Shown: positions 63,123-64,000 of the stretch, piece after piece
Numbering within the stretch: position 1 is the first letter of the stretch
How the letters are laid out: the number at the start of each line of letters is the position of its first letter
Source of the DNA: an uncultured virus (IMG/VR IMGVR_UViG_3300028888_000118)
Taxonomy: Duplodnaviria; Heunggongvirae; Uroviricota; Caudoviricetes
Direction: 5' to 3' (one strand)
IMG/VR virus record: IMGVR_UViG_3300028888_000118
DNA: 64,000 nucleotides
Notes under the pieces: generated by a model
Told to the model about the DNA's origin: nothing
Database searches by the model: none
The model's input: the letters and a program-made list of their open reading frames with translations, nothing else
Position numbers and translations under genes: made by a program

Positions 63123-63848
63123 TTAGTATTCTTCATTAACTAAATAACATTTAACTGCAACCACACCAATATTTTGAAACGGGCAGTTATTTGCATTCGT
63201 GTAGAAGAAATCTATTGTTTCGTTTGCATCAATTGTCATGTTTCCAACTGTTACATCTTCCGATGTAGAACAGTCATCTAAATAATAAAGACCGTTCATT
63301 TCCGGAAACTCCGGAATCTCTAAATATACAACTGTTCTATTTCCATGTAGGTTATATCCTAATTCAGTATATAGGAAATAACTTGCAACTGATCCTTTTA
63401 TAATTCCGTCACCGACTGAACAATCAATCAGCGGTCTAAGTGATCCACCTTTAATTCCAGAAGAACCACAATAGTATGTGCCATGCGTAAAAACTTTATA
63501 TACAGCATCATACACCATTCTACACGAAGCACTTTGATCTGATACTACACAACTCTCTGTCACAGTAGTATAAACTGTTGTTTCAATAACAGGAGTTTCA
63601 GTTGTTGTAGTGGTCGTAAATGTAGTTGTTGTGATCGTAGTTGTTTCAGTCGTTGTTGTTTCTGTTGTAGTAGTTGTTGATAGTGTTGTTGTATCACTAG
63701 AACACATTGACGTTGTTTCAATATGCAATACATCTGAATCTGAATCAATTGGCATTTTGAATAATTTTGCAAGTGCTACTGTACACGCAATAGCGATAAA
63801 TATAAGAAAACATATTGCAGTAATATATGATGTATTTTTACTATTCAA
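63123..63848 (-). CDS. membrane-anchored Thr-linker protein with a 3D-like (peptidoglycan-active) C-terminal domain
   Basis: N-terminal TM, poly-Thr/Glu linker, TYY...SVA...VY.E....G.YYLDD...IDFF. Confidence 0.55.
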   Translation of the reverse strand: MNSKNTSYITAICFLIFIAIACTVALAKLFKMPIDSDSDVLHIETTSMCSSDTTTLSTTTTTETTTTETTTITTTTFTTTTTTETPVIETTVYTTVTESCVVSDQSASCRMVYDAVYKVFTHGTYYCGSSGIKGGSLRPLIDCSVGDGIIKGSVASYFLYTELGYNLHGNRTVVYLEIPEFPEMNGLYYLDDCSTSEDVTVGNMTIDANETIDFFYTNANNCPFQNIGVVAVKCYLVNEEY

Positions 63849-64000
63849 CTAATTCAATCCTTTCGATCTAAAACAGACTCAAAAACACGGCATACTCTGC
63901 AAATAACAGCGTATGTGTCCATCCGTGAAACCTATCTGCTATTGGTTTTTTAATAATGAAAGGAGTACCAGAATGGGTACGGAGTTGGTTTTGCTAACAA

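Noticed and set aside
252..63852. All plus-strand ORFs in the track (e.g. 702..1319, 41603..42247, 56103..57065)
   Set aside because: They are antisense shadows of minus-strand genes, with no RBS, promoters or recognisable motifs.
1..64000. Stop-codon reassignment
   Set aside because: Conserved genes are intact in the standard code, all three stops are used, and no suppressor anticodon was found (TGA, TAA and TAG here are anticodons for Ser and Leu).
63860..64000. c-di-AMP riboswitch upstream of the 3D-like gene
   Set aside because: A hairpin is present but the ydaO consensus elements are not seen, and the window truncates the region.

Overview
A 64 kb segment of a large, low-GC dsDNA bacteriophage, probably of a Clostridia-type Firmicutes host (inferred from sigmaA-type promoters, long SD sites and gene families). 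Essentially every real gene is on the minus strand and the standard code is used. 1-44 kb is an accessory region of small ORFs organised in cassettes that start at 16 near-identical TTGAC(A/T)-17-TGnTATACT promoters, most preceded by a terminator hairpin. It also holds RNA-repair genes (two RNA ligases, Pnk-HD, cyclic-phosphate receiver domain), an RlmN/Cfr-like radical SAM enzyme, an IS607 (tnpA+tnpB), a DNA-modification cluster (three MTases plus a Mom-like enzyme) and scattered acidic proteins with a distinct leader. 44-58 kb holds a Clp ATPase, PhoH, a possible transcription module, a full DnaX/HolB/HolA clamp loader and a resolvase-like nuclease. 58.8-62.7 kb is a tRNA island of 12 canonical tRNA genes. 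The best candidate for an undescribed system lies inside the island. A 216-aa coiled-coil protein gene (60242-60892) is followed directly by a ~390-nt structured non-coding RNA (59805-60195) with a 15-bp closing stem, a predicted pseudoknot core, a 7-nt-periodic AAAGUU tract and an embedded miniature tRNA-like domain. Two other non-canonical tRNA-like RNAs are nearby, one with a circularly permuted, YrlA-like layout. All family assignments come from motif recognition by eye; no searches were run.
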